From Pseudoalteromonas tetraodonis (lineage in GTDB: Bacteria; Pseudomonadota; Gammaproteobacteria; Enterobacterales; Alteromonadaceae): a DNA stretch of 32,000 bases. The stretch is taken from assembly GCF_002310835.1 (NCBI RefSeq), contig NZ_CP011041.1, positions 3,060,001 through 3,092,000 on the forward strand, written 5' to 3'. Position 1 is the first letter of the stretch. Every line of letters begins with the position of its first letter. The notes under the pieces are model-generated. The model was not told where the DNA came from. It saw nothing but the letters and a program-made list of their open reading frames with translations, and made no database searches. This document shows, in pieces, positions 8,702-18,068 of this stretch. The position numbers and the translations under genes are program-made.

Positions 8702-8728
8702 AAGCGCATTTTGCGCTTTTATTGTTTT
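8701..8728 (+). terminator. rho-independent terminator after zapA
   Basis: An 8-bp stem, AAAGCGCA (8701..8708) / TGCGCTTT (8712..8719), has loop TTT and is followed by a T-rich tract. Confidence 0.75.
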
Positions 8729-8757
8729 TACCGTCAAAAATACAGCTAGAGATAAAG

Positions 8758-9777
8758 ATGCAACCATTTTTAAGTAAAGCTCAAAAAATAGGTAAGTGCT
8801 TACTGCCTTTAATTTGCTTGTTTATGCAAACAAAAAGCGAGGCAGCAATTGAGTGGCAACCGTTGTCAGCTAATATTCAATTTCTTAAGCAACCTGAAAG
8901 ACTTCGTTTTTACGACTCTAACCAAGTATTAATTGAAGGCAGTGAATGTGCATTACTCGTTGATGCCAGTGGTAACTTTGCGGCGGTAGAACAACTGGTA
9001 ACTGAGCTAAAACAACGTCTAAAGACGCCTTTGTGTTATTTAGTTGCAACCCACTTTCATGACGATCACTTACTGGGGATGGCGGTTATGCAGCATTACT
9101 TCCCAGACGCAAAACTTATTACTCACCAACAAGTCGCTAACGACTTTTCGCTTTACCAGCAAGCTTTAACAGACAAGCTAGAGGGATTCGAGAAAAGCAT
9201 TGAGCTGAGCTATCAACGATTAGCCACCTTACCCGATGCTGAGCAAGTTCAATGGCGAGAAAAGCTTACCCGCGCTAAAAAGCGCTTATTTCGCTGGCAA
9301 GACTATCAATTAACACCACCAAAAATGATTATTAGTGAATCTAAAACGTTAGATTTAGGTGGCTATACACTCACTATAAACCCGCACCAGGCACATACTA
9401 ATGGCGATTTAACACTACTTGCCGACAAAGGTAAAACCTTAATTGGTGGTGATATCATCGATTGGTTACCTTACCTTGGGCATGGCGAGCTTAAGCAATG
9501 GCAACGCTTATTAAAAAAATATATAAATAATAATACGCTGTCACTTTTTATTCCTGGACATGGCGATTTAGTCGATAAAGTTAAACTAAAACAGTCACTC
9601 ACGTTTTTAGAAGCGATTACGGAGCATGCTAAAAACAACCCTGAAGCCAGTATTGAGCAATTACAAAAAAACTTCCCTAGTGAGGCACTAAAACCTTATC
9701 AACAAGAACCACTTGATATAAAATCAAGTCACTTATTTTTGCAATCGGGATTACTTCGCGCTAAAAACAGTCAATAA
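8758..9777 (+). CDS. secreted MBL-fold metallo-hydrolase
   Basis: It carries the HFHDDH (HxHxDH) zinc motif and a later GHG. The signal peptide is MQPFLSKAQKIGKCLLPLICLFMQTKSEA. I use the ATG at 8758 because the TTG track start (8722) lies inside the zapA terminator. Confidence 0.75.
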   Translation: MQPFLSKAQKIGKCLLPLICLFMQTKSEAAIEWQPLSANIQFLKQPERLRFYDSNQVLIEGSECALLVDASGNFAAVEQLVTELKQRLKTPLCYLVATHFHDDHLLGMAVMQHYFPDAKLITHQQVANDFSLYQQALTDKLEGFEKSIELSYQRLATLPDAEQVQWREKLTRAKKRLFRWQDYQLTPPKMIISESKTLDLGGYTLTINPHQAHTNGDLTLLADKGKTLIGGDIIDWLPYLGHGELKQWQRLLKKYINNNTLSLFIPGHGDLVDKVKLKQSLTFLEAITEHAKNNPEASIEQLQKNFPSEALKPYQQEPLDIKSSHLFLQSGLLRAKNSQ

Positions 9778-9833
9778 CTGAACACAATGGATTGTGTTAA
9801 AATATGGAAATATATTTTTTAAAAAGGAACAAA

Positions 9834-11282
9834 ATGCGTCACTTGATCTTATGCTTTGCCATTGTATTGCTATGCAGCTGTAAAACCACCCGGCCAGAGA
9901 TCATTGCGCCTGCAGTTCCCACACCTGTAGAGTCAAAACCGGCACTATCAAATACGCCGATCTCTATAAACACTCACAAAGTCATTAATAAAAAAGCCAC
10001 CCCCAAAGCCCCTGAAATAGCTCAACCCACAGAGTTATGGGCACATATTGCTGATAACTTACATTTACCGGTTGAGCAAAATCAGGCGTTAAAAAAACGC
10101 ATTAACTGGTATTTAAAACAGCCTAATTATTTAAAAATAGTGTCTCGACGTGCAGAGCCTTTTTTATACCATATTGTAAAAAAAGTTGAGCAAAAGCGCT
10201 TGCCGATGGAGCTCGCCTTGTTACCGTTTGTAGAAAGTGGCTTTAGACCTACCGCACGCTCAAGCGAGCACGCTGTGGGAGTGTGGCAACTCGTTGCAGC
10301 AACCGCGCATCATTTTGGGGTTAAATCAGATCAATGGTACGACGGACGCCAGGATGTATTAGCCTCAACCGATGCGGCACTTGATTATTTAAGCTATTTA
10401 CATAAACGTTTTGATGGTAATTGGCTACATGCACTTGCGGCCTATAATACCGGTGAAGGCCGAGTTAAGCGCGCTATAAAACGCAATCAAAAACGAGGTA
10501 AATCAACTGACTTTTGGGCACTAACACTGCCAAAAGAAACCGCTGACTATGTACCAAAACTATTAGCACTGAGCTATTTAGTGAAACACCCTAAGGCAAA
10601 TTTTAAACGGCCAAAGCTTCCTTATAAAGCACTGACTACCTCGCTAAATGTGGCAAAACAGTTTGATTTTTCAGTTATGGCCAAGCTCTCTGGCATGGGC
10701 GCCAAACAACTGCATGCCCTTAATCGGGGTTATTTAAAAAATCAAAGCTCTCCCCATGGACCGCACACTCTGTTATTACCTATAGAGCAACAAGCTTTAT
10801 TAAAAAACCGCTTTTTTAAAGCCAATTTTGCAGGCGAATACATCGTTAAGAAAAATGACACGCTGTACGGTATTGCTAGGCATTTTGGCTTGCCTTTAGA
10901 AGTATTAAAACAGCTCAATAATAAGCAAAATAACTTTATTGGCGTTGGCGAAAAGCTTATTTTAGGGGAGCCGCAAACTTTGCCTGAGTCGCTCACTATT
11001 AACTATAAAATAAGCCCTTATCTAGAACAAAAAGAGCAAATCATTCCAACCATCGAGGTAGATTACCACGTAAAACCCGGTGATAACCTTTGGAATATAA
11101 GTCAGTTATACGGCGTTGCTCATAGCGATTTAGCGCGTTGGAATAAATTATCTGCCTCAAGCGTATTAAAACCTGGGACTCAGTTGGTTTTATTTATACC
11201 TCAAGCCGCTACGCCAAAAACTACACCGGCGAAAAAAGACCTGTTACTCGACTTACAAAATACATTAAATCATCCACGTTAA
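9834..11282 (+). CDS. mltD: membrane-bound lytic murein transglycosylase D (lipoprotein, SLT domain + two LysM domains)
   Basis: The lipobox is LLCSC. The SLT catalytic region is ELALLPFVESGFRPTARSSEHAVGVWQL...AAYNTGEG. Two LysM repeats are present (YIVKKNDTLYGIARHFG..., YHVKPGDNLWNISQLYG...). The ATG at 9834 is preceded by AAGGA. Confidence 0.85.
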   Translation: MRHLILCFAIVLLCSCKTTRPEIIAPAVPTPVESKPALSNTPISINTHKVINKKATPKAPEIAQPTELWAHIADNLHLPVEQNQALKKRINWYLKQPNYLKIVSRRAEPFLYHIVKKVEQKRLPMELALLPFVESGFRPTARSSEHAVGVWQLVAATAHHFGVKSDQWYDGRQDVLASTDAALDYLSYLHKRFDGNWLHALAAYNTGEGRVKRAIKRNQKRGKSTDFWALTLPKETADYVPKLLALSYLVKHPKANFKRPKLPYKALTTSLNVAKQFDFSVMAKLSGMGAKQLHALNRGYLKNQSSPHGPHTLLLPIEQQALLKNRFFKANFAGEYIVKKNDTLYGIARHFGLPLEVLKQLNNKQNNFIGVGEKLILGEPQTLPESLTINYKISPYLEQKEQIIPTIEVDYHVKPGDNLWNISQLYGVAHSDLARWNKLSASSVLKPGTQLVLFIPQAATPKTTPAKKDLLLDLQNTLNHPR

Positions 11283-11347
11283 GTTTCTAAAGCGCAGTAT
11301 TTCGCGTAAAATTGCCTTTAATTAATTTAAAACTCAAAGAGACAAGC

Positions 11348-11836
11348 ATGCAAATCAGTAAAAATTCGGCCGTTGAATTTCATTACACCCTAAGCGAAGC
11401 GGGTGAACAAATCGAAAGCAGCCTAAACAACGCGCCATTAAGTTATATTCACGGCAGCGAAGGCATGCTTCCAGGTTTAGAAACCGCACTTGAAGGTAAA
11501 GCCGCTGGTGATAAATTTAGCGTTACGTTATCTCCAAGTGAATCATACGGTGAGCGTGTTGATGACTTAATTCAGCGCATTCCGCTTAAGCACCTTCAAG
11601 GTGATGTAAAAGTATGGAAACCAGGCATGACTGCTATGGTGCAATCAAACCAAGGTCGCCACCAAGTAACCATTGTAAAAGTAGGCCGCTTTAATGCTGA
11701 TTGTGATTTAAACCACCCATTTGCTGGTAAAACGCTGACTTTTGATGTTGAGGTTGTCTCAGTTCGAGAAGCAACAAACGAAGAGATTTCTCACGGCCAT
11801 GTTCATGCTGAAGGTGGTTGCGGCCACGCACATTAA
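11348..11836 (+). CDS. slyD: FKBP-type peptidyl-prolyl cis-trans isomerase SlyD
   Basis: The sequence MQISKNSAVEFHYTLSE..., the IF-domain insert, the DLNHPFAGKTLTFDVEVVSVREAT motif and a short His/Cys tail (HGHVHAEGGCGHAH) are typical of SlyD. The ATG at 8 to 12 nt after AAAGAGA is preferred over the track start at 11312. Confidence 0.85.
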   Translation: MQISKNSAVEFHYTLSEAGEQIESSLNNAPLSYIHGSEGMLPGLETALEGKAAGDKFSVTLSPSESYGERVDDLIQRIPLKHLQGDVKVWKPGMTAMVQSNQGRHQVTIVKVGRFNADCDLNHPFAGKTLTFDVEVVSVREATNEEISHGHVHAEGGCGHAH

Positions 11837-11857
11837 TTGCTAATTAAAGGAACAAGT

Positions 11858-12586
11858 ATGTCAAAAGTTGCAATAGTAACGGGTGGCTCTAAAGGCATTG
11901 GCTTTGCTGTGGTTCAGCGATTATTAACGAGCGGCTATCAGGTTCATAACCTAGATATTGAACCCAGTGAGAGTGGTGTTTTTCATCAATGTGATGTTAG
12001 TAATGTAACCGCCGTACGCCAGTGTATACAGGCTATTATTGAAAAAACACAACGCATTGATGTACTTGTTTCAAATGCTGGCAAGCACCTAAGTGCCACA
12101 ATTGAGCAAACCGATGAAGCGACATTCGATGCGTTAATGGCACTGAATGTTAAAGGTGCGTACGCGGCTATACAAAGCGTATTACCAGCCATGAAAGCAC
12201 AACAAGATGGCGCTATTGTGTTAATTGCCTCAGATCAGGCCATTATTGGCAAACAAAACTCATTTGCTTATAACCTGACTAAACATGCATTAGCTTCGAT
12301 GGCTAAAACCACCGCCTTAGATTACGCAAGCTTTAATATTCGCACTAATGCCGTGTGTCCTGGCACCATAGAAACGCCATTATTTCATAATGCGATTGAT
12401 GCATACTGCAAAAAAAGTGGCGCAAATAAGGCAGATATTGTTGCCGAAGAAGCTGCTTTACAACCACTTAATCGTTTAGGCCAAGCCGATGAAGTTGCAG
12501 CACTGGTAAACTTTTTAGTAAGTCCAGAAGCCAGCTTTATTACCGGCAGTTTGCAACGCATTGATGGCGGTTACACAGCGCAATGA
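11858..12586 (+). CDS. short-chain dehydrogenase/reductase (SDR) family oxidoreductase
   Basis: It has the TGGSKGIG cofactor motif, NAG, and the catalytic YNLTK (YxxxK). The ATG at 11858 is preceded by AAAGGA. Confidence 0.85.
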   Translation: MSKVAIVTGGSKGIGFAVVQRLLTSGYQVHNLDIEPSESGVFHQCDVSNVTAVRQCIQAIIEKTQRIDVLVSNAGKHLSATIEQTDEATFDALMALNVKGAYAAIQSVLPAMKAQQDGAIVLIASDQAIIGKQNSFAYNLTKHALASMAKTTALDYASFNIRTNAVCPGTIETPLFHNAIDAYCKKSGANKADIVAEEAALQPLNRLGQADEVAALVNFLVSPEASFITGSLQRIDGGYTAQ

Positions 12587-13422
12587 GTACTAAAATTATT
12601 GACCCGCATGTGCATTTTTTTAATTTGCTGGAGGGTCAATACACCTGGCTGCAAGGTGCTAACCCACCCGCTTGGCCTAACTTAGATAAAATAAAACAAC
12701 CGATTAGCGTTGCTAAACTAATCAAAAGTACGGACTTTGAACTCGTTGGTTTAGTGCATATAGAAGCTGGCTTTGATAATGAGCAACCTATTAATGAATT
12801 AAACTGGTTAGCAAAGCATATAAAAAGGCTACCTTACAAATCGATTAGCTTTGCAACAATTAACCAGCCAAATAACGCATTTAAACTAGCGCTTAAACAT
12901 CTAAAACATTCATCCCTTGTCGGCATTAGAGATATCACTGAAGGTCATGATGCCACGCGCTTATTGAACCCTAATTGTCTCGATAACCTGCGCCACTTGT
13001 GCCACTTAAAACTGCATTTTGAAGCGCAATTTGAAATAGAAAACCTCAACATCACCGAGCAACTTATTTCTTATGCCAACCAAGTTAGTGACTTACAAAT
13101 CATCATTAATCACGCAGGGCTTGCACACAACCTTGCTAACTGGCAACGCGCCATTGAATTACTCGCACAACAGCCTAATGTTGCGATGAAGTTTTCAGGC
13201 TTTGAATTGCTTATGCTTAATAGCGAGCAGCAAAGGCAGTGTTTAACACATATTTTAAAGCATTTTGGTATGCAAAGAGTGATGTTTGCCAGCAACTTCC
13301 CCGTGTGCCAAATTAACATTAACTACAATGAGTTATGGCATCATTATCGAAGCCTATGTAGCGATGATCTTACATGGCAACACTTGAGTTACAAAAATGC
13401 AGCGCGCCTCTATCAACTCTAA
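12583..13422 (+). CDS. amidohydrolase_2 family protein (COG3618-type, sugar-lactonase-like)
   Basis: The N-terminal IIDPHVHFF metal-binding motif and a size of 279 aa fit this family. There is a 4-nt ATGA overlap with the SDR gene. Confidence 0.7.
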   Translation: MSTKIIDPHVHFFNLLEGQYTWLQGANPPAWPNLDKIKQPISVAKLIKSTDFELVGLVHIEAGFDNEQPINELNWLAKHIKRLPYKSISFATINQPNNAFKLALKHLKHSSLVGIRDITEGHDATRLLNPNCLDNLRHLCHLKLHFEAQFEIENLNITEQLISYANQVSDLQIIINHAGLAHNLANWQRAIELLAQQPNVAMKFSGFELLMLNSEQQRQCLTHILKHFGMQRVMFASNFPVCQININYNELWHHYRSLCSDDLTWQHLSYKNAARLYQL

Positions 13423-13464
13423 ATAAAAACCGCTATATTTAGCTCAACAGTTTAAAAAACGAGC

Positions 13465-15033
13465 ATGCGTATGGCCATTTTTAATTCATCTTCTCTCAAA
13501 TACACATTACTCCCTTTTTCGCTAGCCGCTTTATTAACAGGTTGTGGCGGTGGAGGTAGCGACAATGCGACCAACCCAACAACAGACAATAGCGGCTGGA
13601 CTTCTGGTGTATTTGCTAGCTCAGGGCAATTTAAAGGTCAATGCCAAGCAATTAATGAAAAAAACTGGCTACGCTCTTGGAGTAACGAAACCTACTTATG
13701 GTACGACGAAATTATTGATACTAATCCGGCATTAACGTCAGGCGTCATTGATTACTTTAATACTTTAAAAACGGAGCAACTGACTGAGTCGGGTGCGAAA
13801 AAAGATAACTTTCACTTTAGTTTGCCAACCGATGAGTGGCAAAGACAAAATCAATCAGGCCTAAGCTTTGGTTATGGCTTTAATATAAAAATAATCGCTG
13901 GTAGTGCGCCGCGCCAAGCAATTGTTAGCTATACCGAGCCAAATACCCCTGCTAGTAATCAAAATATTATTAGGGGCTTTGAGCTTTTAGAAGTTGATGG
14001 TGTTGATTTTATTAACACGACCTCATCAAGCGAGGTAGCTATTATTAACGCAGGTTTATTCCCAGAACAAACAGGTAAAGTTACCGAATTTGTATTTAGG
14101 GATATCAGCACTAATGAAAATCGCATTGTTACGCTCACATCTCAAAATATCGAGTCGCAACCAGTAATGAACGTACGTACTGATTTAGCAAACGGCGATG
14201 TGGGTTACTTTCAATTTAATAGCCACAACGCGATAGCCGAAACGCAGCTTTACAACGCCTTTAACCAACTCGCTGCCAGCAGCATTAAAGATTTAGTCAT
14301 TGATGTGCGCTATAACGGCGGTGGTTTGTTACAAATGGCCAGCCAAGTAGGCTATATGGTGGCAGGTAGCAATACCCAAGGCAAAATATTTGAACGCACT
14401 ATTTTTAACGATAAATACCCCAATACCAACCCTATCACAGGGCAAACACTGACCCCCATGCCCTTTACAAATCGTTTTGTCGGGTTTGAAAATAACCCTG
14501 CAATAGCTGCAGGCACTCCATTACCAACGTTAAATTTAGATCGGGTATTTGTACTCACCACCAGCAGTACCTGCTCAGCCAGTGAGGCTATAATTAACGG
14601 GCTGCGCGGAGCCGATGTTGAAATCATTCAGATAGGGGCTGGCACCTGTGGTAAACCGTATGGCTTTTACCCAACCGATAACTGCGACACTACTTATTTT
14701 ACCATTCAATTTACTGGCGAAAATAACAAAGGTTTTGGTGAATATTCAGATGGCTTTGCACCGCAAAATACCATTGATAATGCGCGCCAGCCCGTACTTA
14801 TTGCAGGCTGTGCTGTTGCCGATGACTTTAGCAAACGCTTAGGTGATGCAAGTGAAGGCTTACTTAATACCGCACTTAGTTATAGAGCAACCGGCAGTTG
14901 CCCAGCCCCAAGCTCAATAAATAGTGTTCTCGGTTTTGCGCCCACTATCGCCACCGATATGCCTGAAGTAAAAGACGCGCGAATTCAGACTGTACTTAAA
15001 CAGAATATTATTCTTAGCGATAACATGAGATAA
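13465..15033 (+). CDS. S41-family serine peptidase-like lipoprotein
   Basis: The lipobox is LLTGCGGGG. The DLVIDVRYNGGG motif, Ser region TSSTCSASEAIINGL and Lys region GAGTCGKPYGF match the S41 Ser/Lys dyad layout. A PDZ-like stretch, IIRGFELLEVDGVDF, is also present. The start could be the ATG at 13471. Confidence 0.7.
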   Translation: MRMAIFNSSSLKYTLLPFSLAALLTGCGGGGSDNATNPTTDNSGWTSGVFASSGQFKGQCQAINEKNWLRSWSNETYLWYDEIIDTNPALTSGVIDYFNTLKTEQLTESGAKKDNFHFSLPTDEWQRQNQSGLSFGYGFNIKIIAGSAPRQAIVSYTEPNTPASNQNIIRGFELLEVDGVDFINTTSSSEVAIINAGLFPEQTGKVTEFVFRDISTNENRIVTLTSQNIESQPVMNVRTDLANGDVGYFQFNSHNAIAETQLYNAFNQLAASSIKDLVIDVRYNGGGLLQMASQVGYMVAGSNTQGKIFERTIFNDKYPNTNPITGQTLTPMPFTNRFVGFENNPAIAAGTPLPTLNLDRVFVLTTSSTCSASEAIINGLRGADVEIIQIGAGTCGKPYGFYPTDNCDTTYFTIQFTGENNKGFGEYSDGFAPQNTIDNARQPVLIAGCAVADDFSKRLGDASEGLLNTALSYRATGSCPAPSSINSVLGFAPTIATDMPEVKDARIQTVLKQNIILSDNMR

Positions 15034-15036
15034 GCA

Positions 15037-15417
15037 ATGAAGATTTTATTAGCAATAACTGCAATTTCGCTATTTTTAAGTGGTTGCTTAGCACAAAGCT
15101 CAGAGCCCACACCTAAATTGCAACATGCGTTACTAATTGAGCCTAATAGCGCTAAAGTAGCCGACGCAATTGCGCAGCTGCTGCATAGCTCGCAGGTTCA
15201 ATTAGCAGACGATGTTTTTGTCACCTCAAGCACAGTTACCCTTGAGCAACTTAATCATAAAGATCCTCAGGGCAACCCTATTTTGGGCAAGCAACTTAAT
15301 ATGCCAGATCAATTTGAGCTCGTGACTAAGGGAGAGCGCTGTTTTGTTCGCCACCTTGATAGCAAAGCAACCATTGAACTAAAACAAGTACTTTGTAAAA
15401 TAAACCCACAGCGATAA
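15037..15417 (+). CDS. small lipoprotein of unknown function
   Basis: ORF track 126 aa. The signal peptide plus lipobox is LFLSGC. The start lies 3 nt after the S41 gene stop. Confidence 0.6.
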   Translation: MKILLAITAISLFLSGCLAQSSEPTPKLQHALLIEPNSAKVADAIAQLLHSSQVQLADDVFVTSSTVTLEQLNHKDPQGNPILGKQLNMPDQFELVTKGERCFVRHLDSKATIELKQVLCKINPQR

Positions 15418-15420
15418 AAA

Positions 15421-15450
15421 AGCCGGTAAGTGACAACTCACTTACCGGCT
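15421..15450. terminator. strong bidirectional terminator between the lipoprotein gene and the enolase-superfamily gene
   Basis: A perfect 13-bp stem, AGCCGGTAAGTGA / TCACTTACCGGCT, has loop CAAC. An A5 run lies upstream, which gives a T5 run on the minus strand. Confidence 0.85.
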
Positions 15451-15468
15451 ATTTCTCAACAGAGTAAA

Positions 15469-16644
15469 CTATTTTATTTCTACGCGTTGTGAGCGCATTA
15501 CAATTTCATCGTTAAGCTCAATCCCAAGACCTGGTTCTTCAGATACTTCAAAAAAACCATTTTTAGGTTGTGGATCTTGTAAGCATAGCTCTCTATTCCA
15601 CTTTTTAATCGCGTAAGTATGATGCTCGTGAATTAAAAAGTTAGGGATCGCTGTTTCTAAGTGCAATGATGCCGCCGTTGCAACCGGCCCTCCACATACG
15701 TGTGCCTGAATACGCACATCAAAAATATCAGCGTAATCACATACTTTTTTAGTTTCGGTAAAGCCACCACATAAGCCGATATCTGGCTGTAGTACATCAA
15801 TACTTTGATCTTCTAAATAAGGACGTACACCCCAGCGGTTATACAAGCGCTCGCCGCCTGCAATAGGCACAGCCACTTTGTCAGCCACTTTGGCATGTAA
15901 TGAATGGTTTAGGTAATTCACCGGCTCTTCAAAATACATACAGTCAAATTCTTCTGCAATTTCACCAATTTGAATTGCCGATGTCGCCCCTGGTAAGCTA
16001 TGACATTCAAAAATAATATCTACTTCGTCACCCACGGCTTCACGAATAGCCTGCATACGAGCGCGGTATAGTTTCATTTCTGGACGAGAAATAATATTTG
16101 TGCGGTCGTAATAGGTGTTGCCGTCTTTATCGTATTGAATTGGATCGACCTTTACCGCATCGTAACCTTCCGCCACCGCTTTTAGTGCCGCTTCTGCATA
16201 TTCTTGTGGCTGTACCAGCGCTTTAAATTCACTGTCCCAGTCAAACTGCAGCTGTGATGCATAAGTACGCAGCTTGTCGTTAACTTTACCGCCAAGCAAC
16301 TGATAAACCGGTAAACCTAATGCTTTACCTTTTATATCCCAAAGTGCCGTATCAATCGCACTCATTGCTGCGTAAACCACCGGCCCACCGCCTAGACCCC
16401 AAAAACTTTCACGCAACATGCGCGACCATAGTTTTTCAGTTTGAAACGGGTCATGGCCAATTAAAAAGGCATCGGCCATTTCTTTGATCATCGCAGCAGC
16501 GGCACTGTGGCCTAAATCGTATGCAAGACCTGCTTCACCCACACCGCTAATACCTTCATCGGTATGAATTCGAACAAATACCGGCGTCCATGCAGGACGA
16601 TCAGGGCAATGAATATCAAAGACTTCAACGCGATTTACTTTCAT
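15469..16644 (-). CDS. enolase-superfamily (mandelate racemase/muconate lactonizing enzyme family) putative acid-sugar dehydratase
   Basis: ORF track 391 aa. The N-terminal capping domain reads ...GISGVGEAG...AMSAIDTALWDIKGKALGLPVYQLLGG. Barrel metal-ligand contexts are AVKVDP, YFEEP and GGERL, followed by QPD and HVCGG. Confidence 0.8.
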   Translation of the reverse strand: MKVNRVEVFDIHCPDRPAWTPVFVRIHTDEGISGVGEAGLAYDLGHSAAAAMIKEMADAFLIGHDPFQTEKLWSRMLRESFWGLGGGPVVYAAMSAIDTALWDIKGKALGLPVYQLLGGKVNDKLRTYASQLQFDWDSEFKALVQPQEYAEAALKAVAEGYDAVKVDPIQYDKDGNTYYDRTNIISRPEMKLYRARMQAIREAVGDEVDIIFECHSLPGATSAIQIGEIAEEFDCMYFEEPVNYLNHSLHAKVADKVAVPIAGGERLYNRWGVRPYLEDQSIDVLQPDIGLCGGFTETKKVCDYADIFDVRIQAHVCGGPVATAASLHLETAIPNFLIHEHHTYAIKKWNRELCLQDPQPKNGFFEVSEEPGLGIELNDEIVMRSQRVEIK

Positions 16645-16671
16645 AAAAATTCCTTATTAACCTTCAGTGGG

Positions 16672-17439
16672 TTATTTTGCAAAACTAGGATCAAGACGAT
16701 ACGCTTTTCGTAACATGGCAGGCCATGCTAGCTGGCCCCCTGTACTGCCGCTGTGAACGACGTTCGCTTGGTTATAAATGTTATCAATAATAGCTTGAGG
16801 CACAGCAGTCGCTTCTTGCGCACTTGATTGAATGGCTAACTGTATTTCACAGGCACGCTGAAGGTCATAAAAGCGCATAAACGCATCGCCTACCGTCGGG
16901 CCTACTGTTAAACCGCCGTGGTTGACCAATAGCATATGATTGGTGGTGCCTAAATCTGTTTGCAGGCGTTTACGTTCATCGTCATTCACCGCTAAACCTT
17001 CATAGCCATGGTAAGACAGAGACGGCAATGAAAACATCGAATACTGACTTAGCGGTAACAGCCCTTCTTTTTGTGTTGCAACCGCAATGGTTTCTTTGGT
17101 GTGCAGGTGTATAACGCAATGAGCATCCTCACGTACTTCGTGAATGGCACTGTGAATAGTGAACCCTGCAGGGTTAATATTAAAGGGTGTATCGTCAATA
17201 ATGCGGCCATTTAAATCTACTTTGACTAAGTTAGATGCAGTGATCTCATCAAACGTTAAGCCAAAGGCATTCACTAAATAATGATCAGTGCCCGGTAGGC
17301 GAGCAGAAAGGTGCGTATAAATTAAATCCCCCCAACGAAAATGGTCAACTAATCGATAACATGCGGCTAAATCAACACGTAGTTGCCACTCTTGTTCTGA
17401 TACTTTATTTTTTAAATTGAGCTGGGGTAAATCAAACAT
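16672..17439 (-). CDS. class II aldolase/adducin-family protein
   Basis: The Zn-ligand pattern HCVIHLHT plus a later HGY/NHG fits this family, and the length is about 255 aa. I prefer the ATG at 17439 (MFDLPQLNLK...) over the track start at 17463. Confidence 0.75.
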   Translation of the reverse strand: MFDLPQLNLKNKVSEQEWQLRVDLAACYRLVDHFRWGDLIYTHLSARLPGTDHYLVNAFGLTFDEITASNLVKVDLNGRIIDDTPFNINPAGFTIHSAIHEVREDAHCVIHLHTKETIAVATQKEGLLPLSQYSMFSLPSLSYHGYEGLAVNDDERKRLQTDLGTTNHMLLVNHGGLTVGPTVGDAFMRFYDLQRACEIQLAIQSSAQEATAVPQAIIDNIYNQANVVHSGSTGGQLAWPAMLRKAYRLDPSFAK

Positions 17440-17532
17440 AACAAGCCTTTTAAAACACAGCATAGCGCTAGTGATTGTAGATGTTTAGAAGTCTAAATGA
17501 GTATTAGCATGATGGCAATCACCAAATAAAAA

Positions 17533-17558
17533 AGCCACACATAGGTGTGGCTCTTTTT
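17533..17558. terminator. bidirectional terminator downstream of the cytochrome c gene
   Basis: An 8-bp stem, AGCCACAC / GTGTGGCT, has loop ATAG and is flanked by an A-run and a T-run. Confidence 0.8.
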
Positions 17559-17573
17559 AATTAGCGTTAACGG

Positions 17574-17897
17574 TTATTGTACTTTTGATAGGTAATCGGC
17601 AATCGCTTCAAATTCTTCATCAGACACAGTCGCAACCATCGCTTTCATCGCCATAGACATACCGTTGTTACGAGCGCCTGACTTGATGTCTTTCATTTGC
17701 GCTACTAAATATTCTTTGTTTTGACCATTTAGTTTAGGGTACATCGCCATAATAGGTGCTTTACCTTCTGCACCATGACATGTTTGACAATTTTTAGCTG
17801 TGTAAAGTGCAGCGCCATCTGCAGCGGCTGCTGAAAATGAAAAACTTGCGGCTAAACCAATACCCGCGCCTAATAAAAGTGTTTTTATCTTGCTCAT
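17574..17897 (-). CDS. periplasmic monoheme c-type cytochrome (class I)
   Basis: It has the signal peptide MSKIKTLLLGAGIGLAASFSFSAAA and a single CQTCHG heme-binding motif. A distal Met-rich segment (GMSMAMKAM) follows. The product is 107 aa. Confidence 0.85.
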   Translation of the reverse strand: MSKIKTLLLGAGIGLAASFSFSAAAADGAALYTAKNCQTCHGAEGKAPIMAMYPKLNGQNKEYLVAQMKDIKSGARNNGMSMAMKAMVATVSDEEFEAIADYLSKVQ

Positions 17898-18068
17898 TGT
17901 ATTTACTCTTCTTTTTACGGTTAAAAAAAACGGTTGTGATTATTGTAGTCAATAAATCTTTAAAAAGCATACGTCCTTGGTAAGGTTTGACGATCAATCA
18001 GAACAAATACGTGTATCCCTCATAAAACACATACTAGCTTGCTTTAACTGAGCAGATACTTAATAGGC

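Noticed and set aside
8702-8757. Expected 6S RNA (ssrS) downstream of zapA, as in E. coli zapA-ssrS-ygfA
   Set aside because: Only 56 nt separate zapA from the MBL-fold gene, and a terminator hairpin fills them. Nothing here resembles the roughly 180-nt 6S RNA, so ssrS must lie elsewhere in this genome. This is a synteny difference, not a feature.
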